Origin: Thermoplasmata archaeon
Lineage (GTDB): Archaea > Thermoplasmatota > Thermoplasmata > Lutacidiplasmatales > UBA184
Length of the DNA stretch: 64,000 nt
Assembly: GCA_022750375.1 (NCBI GenBank)
Contig: JAKIVU010000001.1
Location: 30,695-94,694, forward strand
Direction of reading: 5' to 3'
Below are positions 55,422-64,000 of the stretch, one piece after another. A program made the translations under genes and the position numbers. The first letter of the stretch is position 1. The number at the start of each line of letters is the position of its first letter. The notes beneath the pieces were generated by a model. That model worked only from the letters and a program-made list of their open reading frames with translations, did no database searches and was not told where the DNA came from.

Positions 55422-56387
55422 ATGGAGCCTCCCCGACCCGCTCACGATGCACCGGCCGAGGAGCTCCTCGAACTGGTCCACCAGGTCCAACGCGAGCTCC
55501 TTCTTCGGGACGAGGCTCCTACCGGTCCGTGGGTCGAGGAGTCGACCACCGACCTCCGTACCGGCGCGAAGGCCGGATGGTACTATCCGGTCGACAGCGG
55601 TGGCGGCGTCGCGTTCCGGACCGAACGCGAGACGGCTTCGTTCGCGCATGTCCACGTCGGCCCAGGTCCGGGCGCGCTGCCCCGGGCCATCGCCCTGTCG
55701 GAAGTGTTGATCGAGAGTCTCCCCGGCACGATCCAGTCGGTGAGCGTCGGGTTCACCGGCCTCACGACGGAGCAGGAGCAAGCCCTCACCTCACGTCTGT
55801 CCGAACGTCCGGGCTCCACCGTGATCCAACGCTTTGCCATGGAACGGGAGCTTCGCTCGCGAGACGGGGAGGGGCTTCCGCCCGTCCCGGACGCCCTGAC
55901 CCTCGTCCCGATCCGTGACATCTCCCTCGACGCCCTCTCGCTGCTCGACCAGCGTGCGTTTCGTGGGACGACCGACGAGCTGCTGGTCGGTACGGAACTC
56001 GAAGAGTACCGCCGCGTCCTGACGGCCTACTTGAGCGGTACGGTGGGACGGTTCCTCGACGAGGCATCCACCGCGCTCTACCGGGCGGAGCCGCCGACTC
56101 TTGCGGGGGCGATCCTCGCCTGCGAGAAATCCGCGCGTCGCGCGGTGTTCCAGGACTTCATGGTCGACCCGTCGCTCCGTGGCCGGGGGTACGGCGCGTA
56201 CCTCCTCCGCTGGGCGATGCGCGCCCTCTGGGCCCTCGGGTACGAGCGGGTTCGACTGTGGGTGAGCGCGTCGAACGAGCCGGCCCGGCGGCTCTACGAT
56301 TCCGTCGGGTTCTCGGTGACCCACTCCGCGGTCATCTACCGTTGGGACCGGACCCCGCTTCCGCCGCAACCGCAGTCGGCGCGGTAA
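55422..56387 (+). CDS. Two-domain protein with C-terminal GNAT acetyltransferase fold
   Basis: The C-terminus is VDPSLRGRGYGAYLLRWAMRALWALGYERVRLWVSASNEPARRLYDSVGF. The N-terminal 200 aa are unknown. Confidence 0.55.
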   Translation: MEPPRPAHDAPAEELLELVHQVQRELLLRDEAPTGPWVEESTTDLRTGAKAGWYYPVDSGGGVAFRTERETASFAHVHVGPGPGALPRAIALSEVLIESLPGTIQSVSVGFTGLTTEQEQALTSRLSERPGSTVIQRFAMERELRSRDGEGLPPVPDALTLVPIRDISLDALSLLDQRAFRGTTDELLVGTELEEYRRVLTAYLSGTVGRFLDEASTALYRAEPPTLAGAILACEKSARRAVFQDFMVDPSLRGRGYGAYLLRWAMRALWALGYERVRLWVSASNEPARRLYDSVGFSVTHSAVIYRWDRTPLPPQPQSAR

Positions 56388-57709
56388 GGGCAATCCGAAT
56401 ACATCCAGTCGGCGCAGGCCGGAACCGACTGGGGAGTGTGGGTCGCCAGCGCGGTCTCGAGTTGCTGGACGCGCTCGCGCCAGAGTCGGGATACGGCGCT
56501 TGCCGGAGAGAACTCGTATTCGAAGACCTGGACCCGGTCGCGCTCCTCCACGGCGCGTTCGCGGCCCAGGACGAGCCGACCCCGCGAGGCCCCGGTCGCC
56601 ACGCAACGGAACCCGAGCTCGAGAGCGTACTGCGGCTGAGAGGCAAGGAGCGTCTGGGGCGTGGCGCGGTCCCTGCCCCGCGAAGTGCGGACGAGAAGCG
56701 GAGCGCCGCGAAACGCTCCCACCTCCTCGTCCGGCTCCGTGACTTGGGAGGGGAGGAGCGCGACCTCGCCGAGGGGCCCGCCCTCTACCGCCGCGATCAG
56801 CCGAGCGTACAGATCCGGAGGCTCGGAGGGATCGCGGCGGGACGGCTCGGGAGGGGCCAGTTTCACGGTTCGTTCGAAATACGCGCGCCGAGGATAGAGC
56901 AGCTCGCGAAACCGTGTCAGCGTGGGGGGCCCCGTCGCGTTCGCGGGGACACTCTTCAGGCGCGACTCGATGCGCTCGGCGACGTCGGTCCGTTCCGTGA
57001 GCGACTTCACCTGGGATGCGATCACCGAGGGGCCGGCCTCCTCGGAGTGGACGCAATCGCAGACCGCGGCCGCCTGGAACTCGCAGCCCCGGCCGAACCA
57101 ACGGCACGCGGGGAGGCCACCCGATCGACCGGAGGCCCACGCACGTCGAAGTTCCTCCGCCCGCCGCTGCATCTCACGGCGGATCGGCTCGGTATCTCCG
57201 AAGGCGATGTCCACCGCCTGGATCGCCCCGCCAGGATTCTCCCCGACGACGAGGGTGACCAGGCGACCGTCGGAGCGACCGGAGAGCGCGCAGTACATCG
57301 CCAGCTGCTCCACCTGGTCGGTGCGGGAGGAAGGAAGATCGCTGACCCCGACTGCGCTCGAGCTCGTCTTGACCTCGACGGGGACGTCACTGAACAGGTC
57401 GATCCGCCCAACGATTCCCTCCCGTCGTATCCGGGCCTCCAGGAGTCCTTCGGCGGCGAGTGCGACCCCGAGTCGTCGATGCAACGCTCGACCGAGGTCG
57501 ATTCGCCCCTGTCGTTCCGGGTCGAGTCGTACCGGCGACTTCGCCCGCCAGTAGGCGCGTCGGGGAGCGACCAGGTCAGTAACGCTCACTGCCCGGGGGG
57601 ACGTCACGGGGGGCAATCGCTCGGTGAACAGTCGGGCGAGGTCGACATCCTCGCGGAGCGTGACGGAACTCCGCCAGTCGGGTTCTGGGGCAGACGGGGA
57701 GGCCGACAC
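56336..57709 (-). CDS. RecB-family (Cas4-like) PD-(D/E)xK nuclease-domain protein with multiple Cys pairs
   Basis: Motif I/II is GRIDLFSDVPVEVKTS, and motif III QxxxY is QLAMYCALSG. Cys clusters are CRWFGRGC...CDC and the C-terminal CADWMYSDCPYRADCGCGG. Confidence 0.55.
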   Translation of the reverse strand: MSASPSAPEPDWRSSVTLREDVDLARLFTERLPPVTSPRAVSVTDLVAPRRAYWRAKSPVRLDPERQGRIDLGRALHRRLGVALAAEGLLEARIRREGIVGRIDLFSDVPVEVKTSSSAVGVSDLPSSRTDQVEQLAMYCALSGRSDGRLVTLVVGENPGGAIQAVDIAFGDTEPIRREMQRRAEELRRAWASGRSGGLPACRWFGRGCEFQAAAVCDCVHSEEAGPSVIASQVKSLTERTDVAERIESRLKSVPANATGPPTLTRFRELLYPRRAYFERTVKLAPPEPSRRDPSEPPDLYARLIAAVEGGPLGEVALLPSQVTEPDEEVGAFRGAPLLVRTSRGRDRATPQTLLASQPQYALELGFRCVATGASRGRLVLGRERAVEERDRVQVFEYEFSPASAVSRLWRERVQQLETALATHTPQSVPACADWMYSDCPYRADCGCGGSGVRSQR

Positions 57710-57788
57710 ACCCTCCCAAACTCGGCCCGCTATACGAGCCGACCGGCTCGAGGGTTGCGGCTATTTGCGTGCGCCCGATTCCCCGTCG

Positions 57789-59357
57789 ATGACCGAAGCG
57801 GGACGGCGACCCCTGATCATTGGCAGCGGGATCGCCGGTTTGTACGTCGCGCTGCGTTGTCGCGAACTGGGACTGCGGCCCACGATCGTGACGAAGGCCC
57901 GACTCGAGGAATCCAACACACGGTACGCGCAAGGGGGCATCGCCGCCGCCATCGGGACCGACGATTCTCCGCGGATCCACCTCGAAGACACGGTCAAGGC
58001 CGGGGACGAACTGGTGGACCGGGCTGCCGCCCGCATCCTGACCTCCGAGGCCCCCGCCCGTATCGCGGACCTCGTGCGCAACGGCGTGCCGTTCGATACG
58101 GCCGACGGTCGGATCGCGCTCGGCCGTGAAGCCGCCCACTCGCGCTTTCGGACCCTGCACGCGGGCGGCGACGCGACTGGACTCTCGATCGAAGAGGCGC
58201 TCAAGCGCCGGGTCCTTGACGCGGGCGTGGAGGCCCGGGAACGGACCGTGCTCCGGGCGCTTCGGCCCGGGACTCGGGATGGACCGGTGGCCGTGTTGTC
58301 GAACGCCGACGGGAAGGATGTCGAATACTCCACCGCGGGTCCGGTCGTGTTGGCCACCGGCGGAGCGGGCAGCCTCTATCGACAGAGCTCGAACCCGTCG
58401 ATCGCGACGGGGGAAGGCGTCGCGATCGCGTTCCGGGCGGGTGCGCTGCTCACGGACATGGAGTTCATCCAGTTCCACCCGACCGCGTTCTGCCGAGAGG
58501 GCGCCCCGCGATTCCTGATCACCGAGGCACTCCGGGGCGAGGGGGCCGTCCTGCGCAACGAAGCCGGGGACCGGTTCATGACCCGGGTGCACCGCGACGC
58601 CGAGCTCGCTCCGCGCGACATCGTCGCTCGGGCGATCGACCGGGAGATCGTGACCTCCGGACATCCCTGCGTCTACCTGGACGCCACGGCGCTGCCCCGC
58701 GACCTGCTCTTCGCCCGGTTCCCCTCGGTCTGTCACTTTCTCTCCACGTACGGTCTCGACCCGTCCCGGGATCAGATCCCGGTCGCCCCGGTGGCCCACT
58801 ACATGATCGGCGGTGTCACCACCGACCTGGAGGGGCGAACGTCCCTGCAGGGGCTGTACGCCGCCGGAGAGGTCGCGTCAACCGGGGTCCACGGGGCGAA
58901 CCGTCTCGCGGGCAATTCCCTCCTCGAGGGGCTCGTGTTCGGGGAGCGCGTCGCGCGTCAACTCCTCCATCCCGCGATCGGGGGGCCGAGAGTACCGGAT
59001 CGAACGGTGGAACTTTCACTCCCCACCGGCGGGGGCCGACCGGAAGAGGTCGAGGAATTCGAACAGGTCCGCACCACGTTGTGGGAGGAGGTGGGTATCG
59101 TGCGCTCGGCCGAGGGGCTTGCCTCCGCCGTGGAGCAGTTCGAACGTCTCGTGAACGTCCTTCAGCCGACGCGGTCTGACACGATGCCCGGACCCGTGGC
59201 GAACGCTGCCCTCACCGCCTGGCTGATCGCGCGCGCCGCGTCGATCCGGACCGAAAGTCGCGGCGCCCACTACCGCTCCGATTGGCCGAAACGTCGCCCT
59301 CAATGGCGGGTCCATGTCGGTCTTCGCCTTCGGCCCCCTCGAGGCCACTCCGGGTGA
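57789..59357 (+). CDS. nadB: L-aspartate oxidase
   Basis: The FAD motif is IIGSGIAGL, followed by RYAQGGIAAA. Fumarate-reductase/succinate-DH flavoprotein-like HPT and RLAGNSLLEG are present. Start taken at Met 57789 (MTEAGRRPL); the ORF track extends to 57624. Confidence 0.85.
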   Translation: MTEAGRRPLIIGSGIAGLYVALRCRELGLRPTIVTKARLEESNTRYAQGGIAAAIGTDDSPRIHLEDTVKAGDELVDRAAARILTSEAPARIADLVRNGVPFDTADGRIALGREAAHSRFRTLHAGGDATGLSIEEALKRRVLDAGVEARERTVLRALRPGTRDGPVAVLSNADGKDVEYSTAGPVVLATGGAGSLYRQSSNPSIATGEGVAIAFRAGALLTDMEFIQFHPTAFCREGAPRFLITEALRGEGAVLRNEAGDRFMTRVHRDAELAPRDIVARAIDREIVTSGHPCVYLDATALPRDLLFARFPSVCHFLSTYGLDPSRDQIPVAPVAHYMIGGVTTDLEGRTSLQGLYAAGEVASTGVHGANRLAGNSLLEGLVFGERVARQLLHPAIGGPRVPDRTVELSLPTGGGRPEEVEEFEQVRTTLWEEVGIVRSAEGLASAVEQFERLVNVLQPTRSDTMPGPVANAALTAWLIARAASIRTESRGAHYRSDWPKRRPQWRVHVGLRLRPPRGHSG

Positions 59358-59399
59358 GAGGCGAATAACCATTATGCTCTGCCGCCGCTCGCCCGAGCG

Positions 59400-60554
59400 A
59401 TGGACCTGTCCCTCACGGAGGAGGAGCGCGAGCTCCGGGAAGCGGCACGGCGATTCGCTCGAAAGGAGATTCAGCCGGTCGCCGACCGGATGGACCGGGA
59501 GGATTACTTCCCGCGTGACGTCTTTCGGCGGTTGGGCGAGCAGGGCTTCCTCGGGGTAACGGTCCCCACGGCGTACGGGGGCCTCGGGCTCTCCTACCTC
59601 TCCCAGGCACTGATCCTGGAAGAGATCGCGCGAGTAAGTCCGGCACTCGCGCTCAGCGTCGGGGCGCACTCCAACCTCTTCGCGGACAACGTGGGCCGGA
59701 ACGGAACTGACGCCCAGCGTCAAGAGTTCCTTCCGAGCGTCGTCCGCGGGGAGTCGGTGGGGGCTCTCGCCCTTACGGAACCGAACGCGGGGTCGGACGC
59801 GGTCTCGCTTCGGACCCGCGCGGAGCGGCACGGAGATCACTTCGTCCTGAACGGGAGCAAACAGTTCATCACCAACGGGCCGGTCGCGGACTCGCTCCTT
59901 GTCTACGCGAAGACGGCTCCCGATCGGGGGGCCCACGGGATTAGCGCGTTCTTGTTACGAAGGGATACGCCGGGCTTCGCGGTCGCGCGCAGTCTCGACA
60001 AGATGGGAATGCGCGGGTCCCCCACGGGCGAGCTCGCGTTCCAGGACTGTCGAGTGCCGGCCGACCAGCTCGTGGGGGTCGAGAACGACGGCGTTCGGGT
60101 GATGATGAGCGGCCTCAACGTTGAACGCGCGGTCCTCTCGGCGATTCCCGTCGGCATCATGGCGGAGTGCCTGGACCGCTCGATCGCGTACGCGCGCGAG
60201 CGGGAGCAGTTCGGCCAGAAGATCGGGCGGTTCCAGCTCATCCAGGAAAAGCTCGCGAACATGTACACCGAGCTCGAAGCGTCACGGCAGCTCCTGTACG
60301 CTGCGCTCGAGCAGGTCACCACGGACCCGCGCCGGATGGGTCTGAGTGCGGCAGCGCTCACGTACTCCTCGGAGGCATCGACCCGGGCCGCCCTGGAGGC
60401 TATTCAGATCCACGGAGGTTACGGCTACATGCGCGACCTGCCGCTCGAGCGCCTGGCCCGGGACGCGAAGTTGCTCGAGATCGGCGCGGGCACGTCGGAG
60501 ATCCGGAGGCTCTTGCTCGCTCGCGAACTTCTCGGTCCGGGGTTCGAGCAGTAG
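59400..60554 (+). CDS. Acyl-CoA dehydrogenase
   Basis: LTEPNAGSDA ... QIHGGYGY ... and the catalytic Glu region EIGAGTSEI are present. The size is 384 aa. Confidence 0.9.
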   Translation: MDLSLTEEERELREAARRFARKEIQPVADRMDREDYFPRDVFRRLGEQGFLGVTVPTAYGGLGLSYLSQALILEEIARVSPALALSVGAHSNLFADNVGRNGTDAQRQEFLPSVVRGESVGALALTEPNAGSDAVSLRTRAERHGDHFVLNGSKQFITNGPVADSLLVYAKTAPDRGAHGISAFLLRRDTPGFAVARSLDKMGMRGSPTGELAFQDCRVPADQLVGVENDGVRVMMSGLNVERAVLSAIPVGIMAECLDRSIAYAREREQFGQKIGRFQLIQEKLANMYTELEASRQLLYAALEQVTTDPRRMGLSAAALTYSSEASTRAALEAIQIHGGYGYMRDLPLERLARDAKLLEIGAGTSEIRRLLLARELLGPGFEQ

Positions 60555-60612
60555 CCCCGAATACCGCCGGCAGCGCTGCCCATTCGGCGGAAGTGGACCT
60601 CGCCGTACCGAG

Positions 60613-60622
60613 GGTATATAGG
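60613..60622 (+). promoter_or_regulatory. TATA-box-like element (GGTATATAGG)
   Basis: It lies 24 nt upstream of the ATG at 60646 (leaderless). Confidence 0.35.
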
Positions 60623-60645
60623 GTTCGGCGGCCCTGCGACGCTCA

Positions 60646-61386
60646 ATGGCCGGCCGGCCGCCTACCGCACAGGGCGGAACATCGTCGTTGCGCGTGGAGA
60701 TTCTGAAGGAACTTCAGAGTCTGATCGACGACCGCGATGTCCGCGACCGCCTCGACCGGGGTCCGATCGGGGAGACGAAGGGCCGCGAGCACTGGGTGCT
60801 CCATCTGCTGCTCCGCGGACAGGAATCGAGCCAGAATCACCTGGACGTGCTGATCGGCTCCGCGTACTCGAACCTGCTCGCCCGGCTGCAATCGATCGAG
60901 GACCGGCTCGAGCGTGCGGAAGGGTCGAGCCGAACGTTCGGGGACGACGTGAAGAGCCGTCTTGACGGGCTCGAAGGTTCGGTCGCCGACCGCGTGTCGA
61001 AGGAGGTCAAGACGGAGACCGAGGCCGCGGCCAACCACATCGCGACCGGACTCTGGACCAACCTCGACAAGAAGTGGGAGCCGATCGGCAACTCCATCGA
61101 GGTGTTCTCTCAGTCCGCGGGCCAACTCTCCAAGAACCTATCCGACACGTACCGGGTCGCCACCCAGAGCCGGCTCCTACTCAACGAGAACGCGCGGCGG
61201 ATCATCGACCTCGGACGTGACCTCGTAGCCTTGGAGGAGAGCCTCAAACTCGCCCTCGCGAAGACGCTGGAGGAGGGCCTCCAACCCCTCGAGGAACGCA
61301 TCTCGGCGCTCGAAGCCCGCATCGCGGGCGCGACGGAAGAAGCCGCCGCGTCGAACGGGCGTACCGATGCGCCCGGGGGCGCCTAG
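60646..61386 (+). CDS. Coiled-coil hypothetical protein
   Basis: 246 aa with heptad-rich segments (LQSIEDRLERAEG ... LEERISALEARIAG). No catalytic motif. Confidence 0.45.
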   Translation: MAGRPPTAQGGTSSLRVEILKELQSLIDDRDVRDRLDRGPIGETKGREHWVLHLLLRGQESSQNHLDVLIGSAYSNLLARLQSIEDRLERAEGSSRTFGDDVKSRLDGLEGSVADRVSKEVKTETEAAANHIATGLWTNLDKKWEPIGNSIEVFSQSAGQLSKNLSDTYRVATQSRLLLNENARRIIDLGRDLVALEESLKLALAKTLEEGLQPLEERISALEARIAGATEEAAASNGRTDAPGGA

Positions 61387-61403
61387 GTCCCCCGGATCCC
61401 TCG

Positions 61404-62177
61404 ATGCACCTCTCGCCCCGCCACCCGCGATATCGGAGTCTCGTCACGCGCGCTCGACTTGCGGAGTGGTCCCAGAAGGGGCTGGTGGTGCCCGAAGGAC
61501 TGATCGCGCACGGTCGGGGCGAGGCGTTCGACTACCTTCTCGGGGAGCGAACGACGCCGAGTGCCCGGAAGGCGACGCGCGTCGCGGCTCAGTGGCTGCG
61601 GGCCGCACGGCGTCCGGTGCTCAGCGTGAACGGTAACGTGGCCGCTCTCGCGGCACCGGAGATCGCCCGGCTTCAGCATGCACTGCCCTCCCTCGGCGTT
61701 GAGGTGAATCTCTTCCACCGTACTCCCCGTCGGGCGGCCCTCGTGGCCCGCACGCTGCACGGCGCGGGGGTGCGCACCGTCCTGGGGATCCGGCCCACGG
61801 CGAAGATCCCCGGGCTGCCGTCCGATCGCGCGTTCGTCGATCGTCGGGGGATCTTCGTCGCCGACGTCTGTCTCATCCCATTGGAGGACGGGGACCGAAC
61901 GGAGGCGCTCCGAGCGCTCGGGAAGCGCGTGATCTCGGTCGACCTCAATCCGCTCTCTCGGACGAGCGAACACGCGGACTTGCCGATCGTCGACGAGTTA
62001 GTACGAGCCCTGCACAACTTGAGCGTCGATCTCGAGATGCGGCACGGCACGCCCGTTCCCGGACGTTTCGCCCCGTTCAATGCCCCGGCAGCACTGAGAA
62101 CGGCGAGGGCGACGATCCGCTACCGGCTGCAGCGGGAGGCAGCGCCGCGCTCCCGGAGAGCACCACCGCGGCGGTGA
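61404..62177 (+). CDS. 4-phosphopantoate--beta-alanine ligase (archaeal phosphopantothenate synthetase, COG1701)
   Basis: EGLIAHGRGEAFDYLLGE and VDLNPLSRTSE resemble the archaeal PPS family. Confidence 0.55.
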   Translation: MHLSPRHPRYRSLVTRARLAEWSQKGLVVPEGLIAHGRGEAFDYLLGERTTPSARKATRVAAQWLRAARRPVLSVNGNVAALAAPEIARLQHALPSLGVEVNLFHRTPRRAALVARTLHGAGVRTVLGIRPTAKIPGLPSDRAFVDRRGIFVADVCLIPLEDGDRTEALRALGKRVISVDLNPLSRTSEHADLPIVDELVRALHNLSVDLEMRHGTPVPGRFAPFNAPAALRTARATIRYRLQREAAPRSRRAPPRR

Positions 62178-62622
62178 GCTTCGCGGCCACGGTCTCCAGG
62201 AACGACCCGTCCGACCGGTCGAACGCCCCCACCTCATTGCCGTCGATGTCGATCTCCCCGATGACCTTCCCCGCGTCGCGGATCGGCACGACGACCTCGG
62301 AGCGAGTTTCGAGGAAGCAGGCGAGATAGTCGGGGGAAGAGCGCACGTCGTCGACCACGACCGTCCGACCCTCCCGGACCGCCTGCCCGCAGACTCCCTT
62401 CTCGACGGGAATGCGCGTATGCTCGGTGGCGGCCGGTCCGTCCCACGCATCGAGCACGAGCTCGCTTCCCTCGAGGCGATAGACCCCGACCCACCGGTAG
62501 TGCCGGAACGATTCGTGCAGAAACCGGCAGACTTCCTGGAGTGCGGCACGACCCTGAAGTCGTGAAAGGACGGCATCGATCTGCAGGAGCGCCGGGGTCG
62601 TGGCTCTCGACGGAACGGTCAT
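62077..62622 (-). CDS. GAF domain protein (free Met-R-sulfoxide reductase-like)
   Basis: WVGVYRLEGSELVLDAWDGP ... GVCGQAVREGRTVVVDDV ... EVVVPI ... GEIDIDG is the GAF fold with a conserved Cys. Confidence 0.6.
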   Translation of the reverse strand: MTVPSRATTPALLQIDAVLSRLQGRAALQEVCRFLHESFRHYRWVGVYRLEGSELVLDAWDGPAATEHTRIPVEKGVCGQAVREGRTVVVDDVRSSPDYLACFLETRSEVVVPIRDAGKVIGEIDIDGNEVGAFDRSDGSFLETVAAKLTAAVVLSGSAALPPAAAGSGSSPSPFSVLPGH

Positions 62623-62833
62623 CGCCGTCGCCTCCGAGCGGGAATGGGTAGGGAAGCGCCGAGGGGGAGATTTTCCCCCGGGACGGGTCGACCGTGCCCG
62701 GCGTTTGAACTCCCGAGGCGAATTTCGCCACGAGCTTTCCAGACTCGCGCCGTACCGGACTGAGCCACCTCGGCACGCCCTCCGGTCGAGGACGGAGTTC
62801 CGCCGATAAGCTTAGCGGCCGAGGAAGTCGCGG

Positions 62834-63073
62834 TTATCCGCCGAGAGGATACCAGCCGCAGCTGGAGCACCCGACGCCGCGCTCCTCGCCCGGGATCTCG
62901 GCTCGACACTCGGGGCACGGAGCCGGGCCCGGGATCGAGAGGGAGAGGCAATCGAAGCAACTCCCTTGCCGCCGGTCGTCCGGGAGGACGACGAGATCCT
63001 TTCCGCAGAAGAGACAGTGGGAAAGACGATCCTCGGGGGATTCGAGGCTTCGACTATCCGCGAAAGAAAGCAT
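62834..63073 (-). CDS. Small zinc-ribbon protein (two CxxC pairs x2)
   Basis: The Cys pairs are CLFCG ... CFDC ... CPEC ... CSSCG. Confidence 0.4.
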   Translation of the reverse strand: MLSFADSRSLESPEDRLSHCLFCGKDLVVLPDDRRQGSCFDCLSLSIPGPAPCPECRAEIPGEERGVGCSSCGWYPLGG

Positions 63074-63158
63074 CGAACGCCGCCACCATCCGTCCGGTAC
63101 ATAAGGGCTCGCTGAACGTCACTCGCCCGACGGCCCGGAACCGGCCGGTCGGACGATT

Positions 63159-63905
63159 TCAGGGGTCTTTCCAGCGCGCCTTGAAGGCGGCGATCAGAAA
63201 CAGCGCTACCGTGAACGCGATGAGCACGACCCAGTCGATGGTCGCCGTGGAAAATGAGAGCGGCTGGAGCCCGACCGCCCCCTGGACGAGCTCGGCCGCG
63301 TAGGTCGTGGGTGATAATCGGGCGGCGACCTGCGCCCACCCCGGCAGGTAGCCGATCGGGTAGTAGACGGGCGGCAGCACCGTCAGAACAAGAGAGAATA
63401 TCGGACTGAACATCCAGGTCTCGCGGACGTCCTTGAAGTACGTGGAGAGGGTGAACGCAAATGCGGTGGCGAACGACCAGACGAGGAGGAGCGCACCCGC
63501 GAGGACCACGACGCTCGTCAGCGTGGCGTACCCGTAATAGACGAACAGGACGACAAACACCGCGAGCGCCGGCAGCGAGTAAACAAGTTCCGAGAAGGCG
63601 AGGCCCGCGACGTATATCGGGGCCTCGACCGGCGACGACACCACGATGTCCTGGAATTTCATGTCGTGCCGGTAATGGGTCAGGTCGGACTGAAGCCCGG
63701 TGCCCACGCCGAGCATCGTCAGGACCATGCCCCCCATGACCCCGTAGGCGAGGTCCGAGCCGCGCGAGATGATCCAGATGAAGAAGAGGAAGGAGAGCGG
63801 GCTCGCGACGAGGTTGATCAGGTAGAGCGGCTGGGTCCGGATCGGGATGAGGCCGTTGATCTGGACGAGCGTGAGCAGGGACCGCAGGCGGTTGCGCTCG
63901 CTCAC
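63159..63905 (-). CDS. ABC-2 type transporter permease
   Basis: Six TM helices. The GTG start overlaps the stop of the upstream ATPase gene. Confidence 0.7.
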   Translation of the reverse strand: MSERNRLRSLLTLVQINGLIPIRTQPLYLINLVASPLSFLFFIWIISRGSDLAYGVMGGMVLTMLGVGTGLQSDLTHYRHDMKFQDIVVSSPVEAPIYVAGLAFSELVYSLPALAVFVVLFVYYGYATLTSVVVLAGALLLVWSFATAFAFTLSTYFKDVRETWMFSPIFSLVLTVLPPVYYPIGYLPGWAQVAARLSPTTYAAELVQGAVGLQPLSFSTATIDWVVLIAFTVALFLIAAFKARWKDP

Positions 63906-64000
63906 GCTTCCACCTCCGGCGGCGTGCCCTCATCCTCGATCGACTTTCCCACGACGTCGAGGAAAATGTCCTCGAGACTCACCGGGCCCATGCTGACGCG
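63902..64000 (-). CDS. ABC transporter ATP-binding protein, 3' end only (5' beyond window)
   Basis: The minus-strand reading gives the C-terminus ...RVSMGPVSLEDIFLDVVGKSIEDEGTPPEVEA. Confidence 0.6.
   Translation of the reverse strand, partial: RVSMGPVSLEDIFLDVVGKSIEDEGTPPEVEA

Noticed and set aside
1-64000. CRISPR arrays or rRNA genes
   Set aside because: No regularly spaced direct repeats and no rRNA-like conserved stretches were seen on reading the window. Only short local repeats (TTCCGG cluster, ZnR coding repeat) are present.

Overview
This window is a high-GC (about 68-72%) archaeal chromosomal segment. Archaeal identity rests on the r-protein set (S4e, S6e, L19e, L32e, RNase P Rpp29), aIF2-gamma, PCNA, Cbf5 and a DUF106 insertase next to secY. 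The left 13.6 kb is a lower-GC accessory island (about 52-63% in sampled 60-nt lines). It begins with a 5'-truncated small serine recombinase and is filled almost entirely with ORFans. These include a four-gene minus-strand operon with a possible nuclease-like member, an RFC/clamp-loader-like AAA+ ATPase fused to an HTH and followed by a TTCCGG repeat cluster, paralogous TM + zinc-ribbon proteins, a large secreted aromatic/Ser/Thr-rich protein, and a candidate Panacea-like antitoxin/membrane-toxin pair. The island is most plausibly an integrated mobile element or defence island; its right border lies near 13.55-13.66 kb, beside a DUF99 (endonuclease dU) gene. The rest is core genome. It holds threonine dehydratase; the long co-directional r-protein operon L3-L4-L23-L2-S19-L22-S3-L29-rnp1-S17-L14-L24-S4e-L5-S14-S8-L6-L32e-L19e-L18-S5-L30-L15 and then, after a TATA-like promoter, secY-DUF106-cmk-cbf5; an MMPL/RND transporter; bcp; cysS; thiolase; PCNA; alaX; a glycosylation trio (epimerase, GT4, GT2); an FKBP; meaB plus the B12-binding MCM subunit; an A24 peptidase; S6e, aIF2-gamma and a Trm112-like protein; a Sec11-type signal peptidase with long charged tails; prs; a RecB-family nuclease-domain protein; nadB; an acyl-CoA dehydrogenase; archaeal phosphopantothenate synthetase; a GAF protein; and an ABC-2 exporter. 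No rRNA, tRNA or CRISPR array was detected. Many long ORFs in the six-frame track are antisense/GC artefacts. All functional calls are by eye from motifs and synteny; no searches were run.
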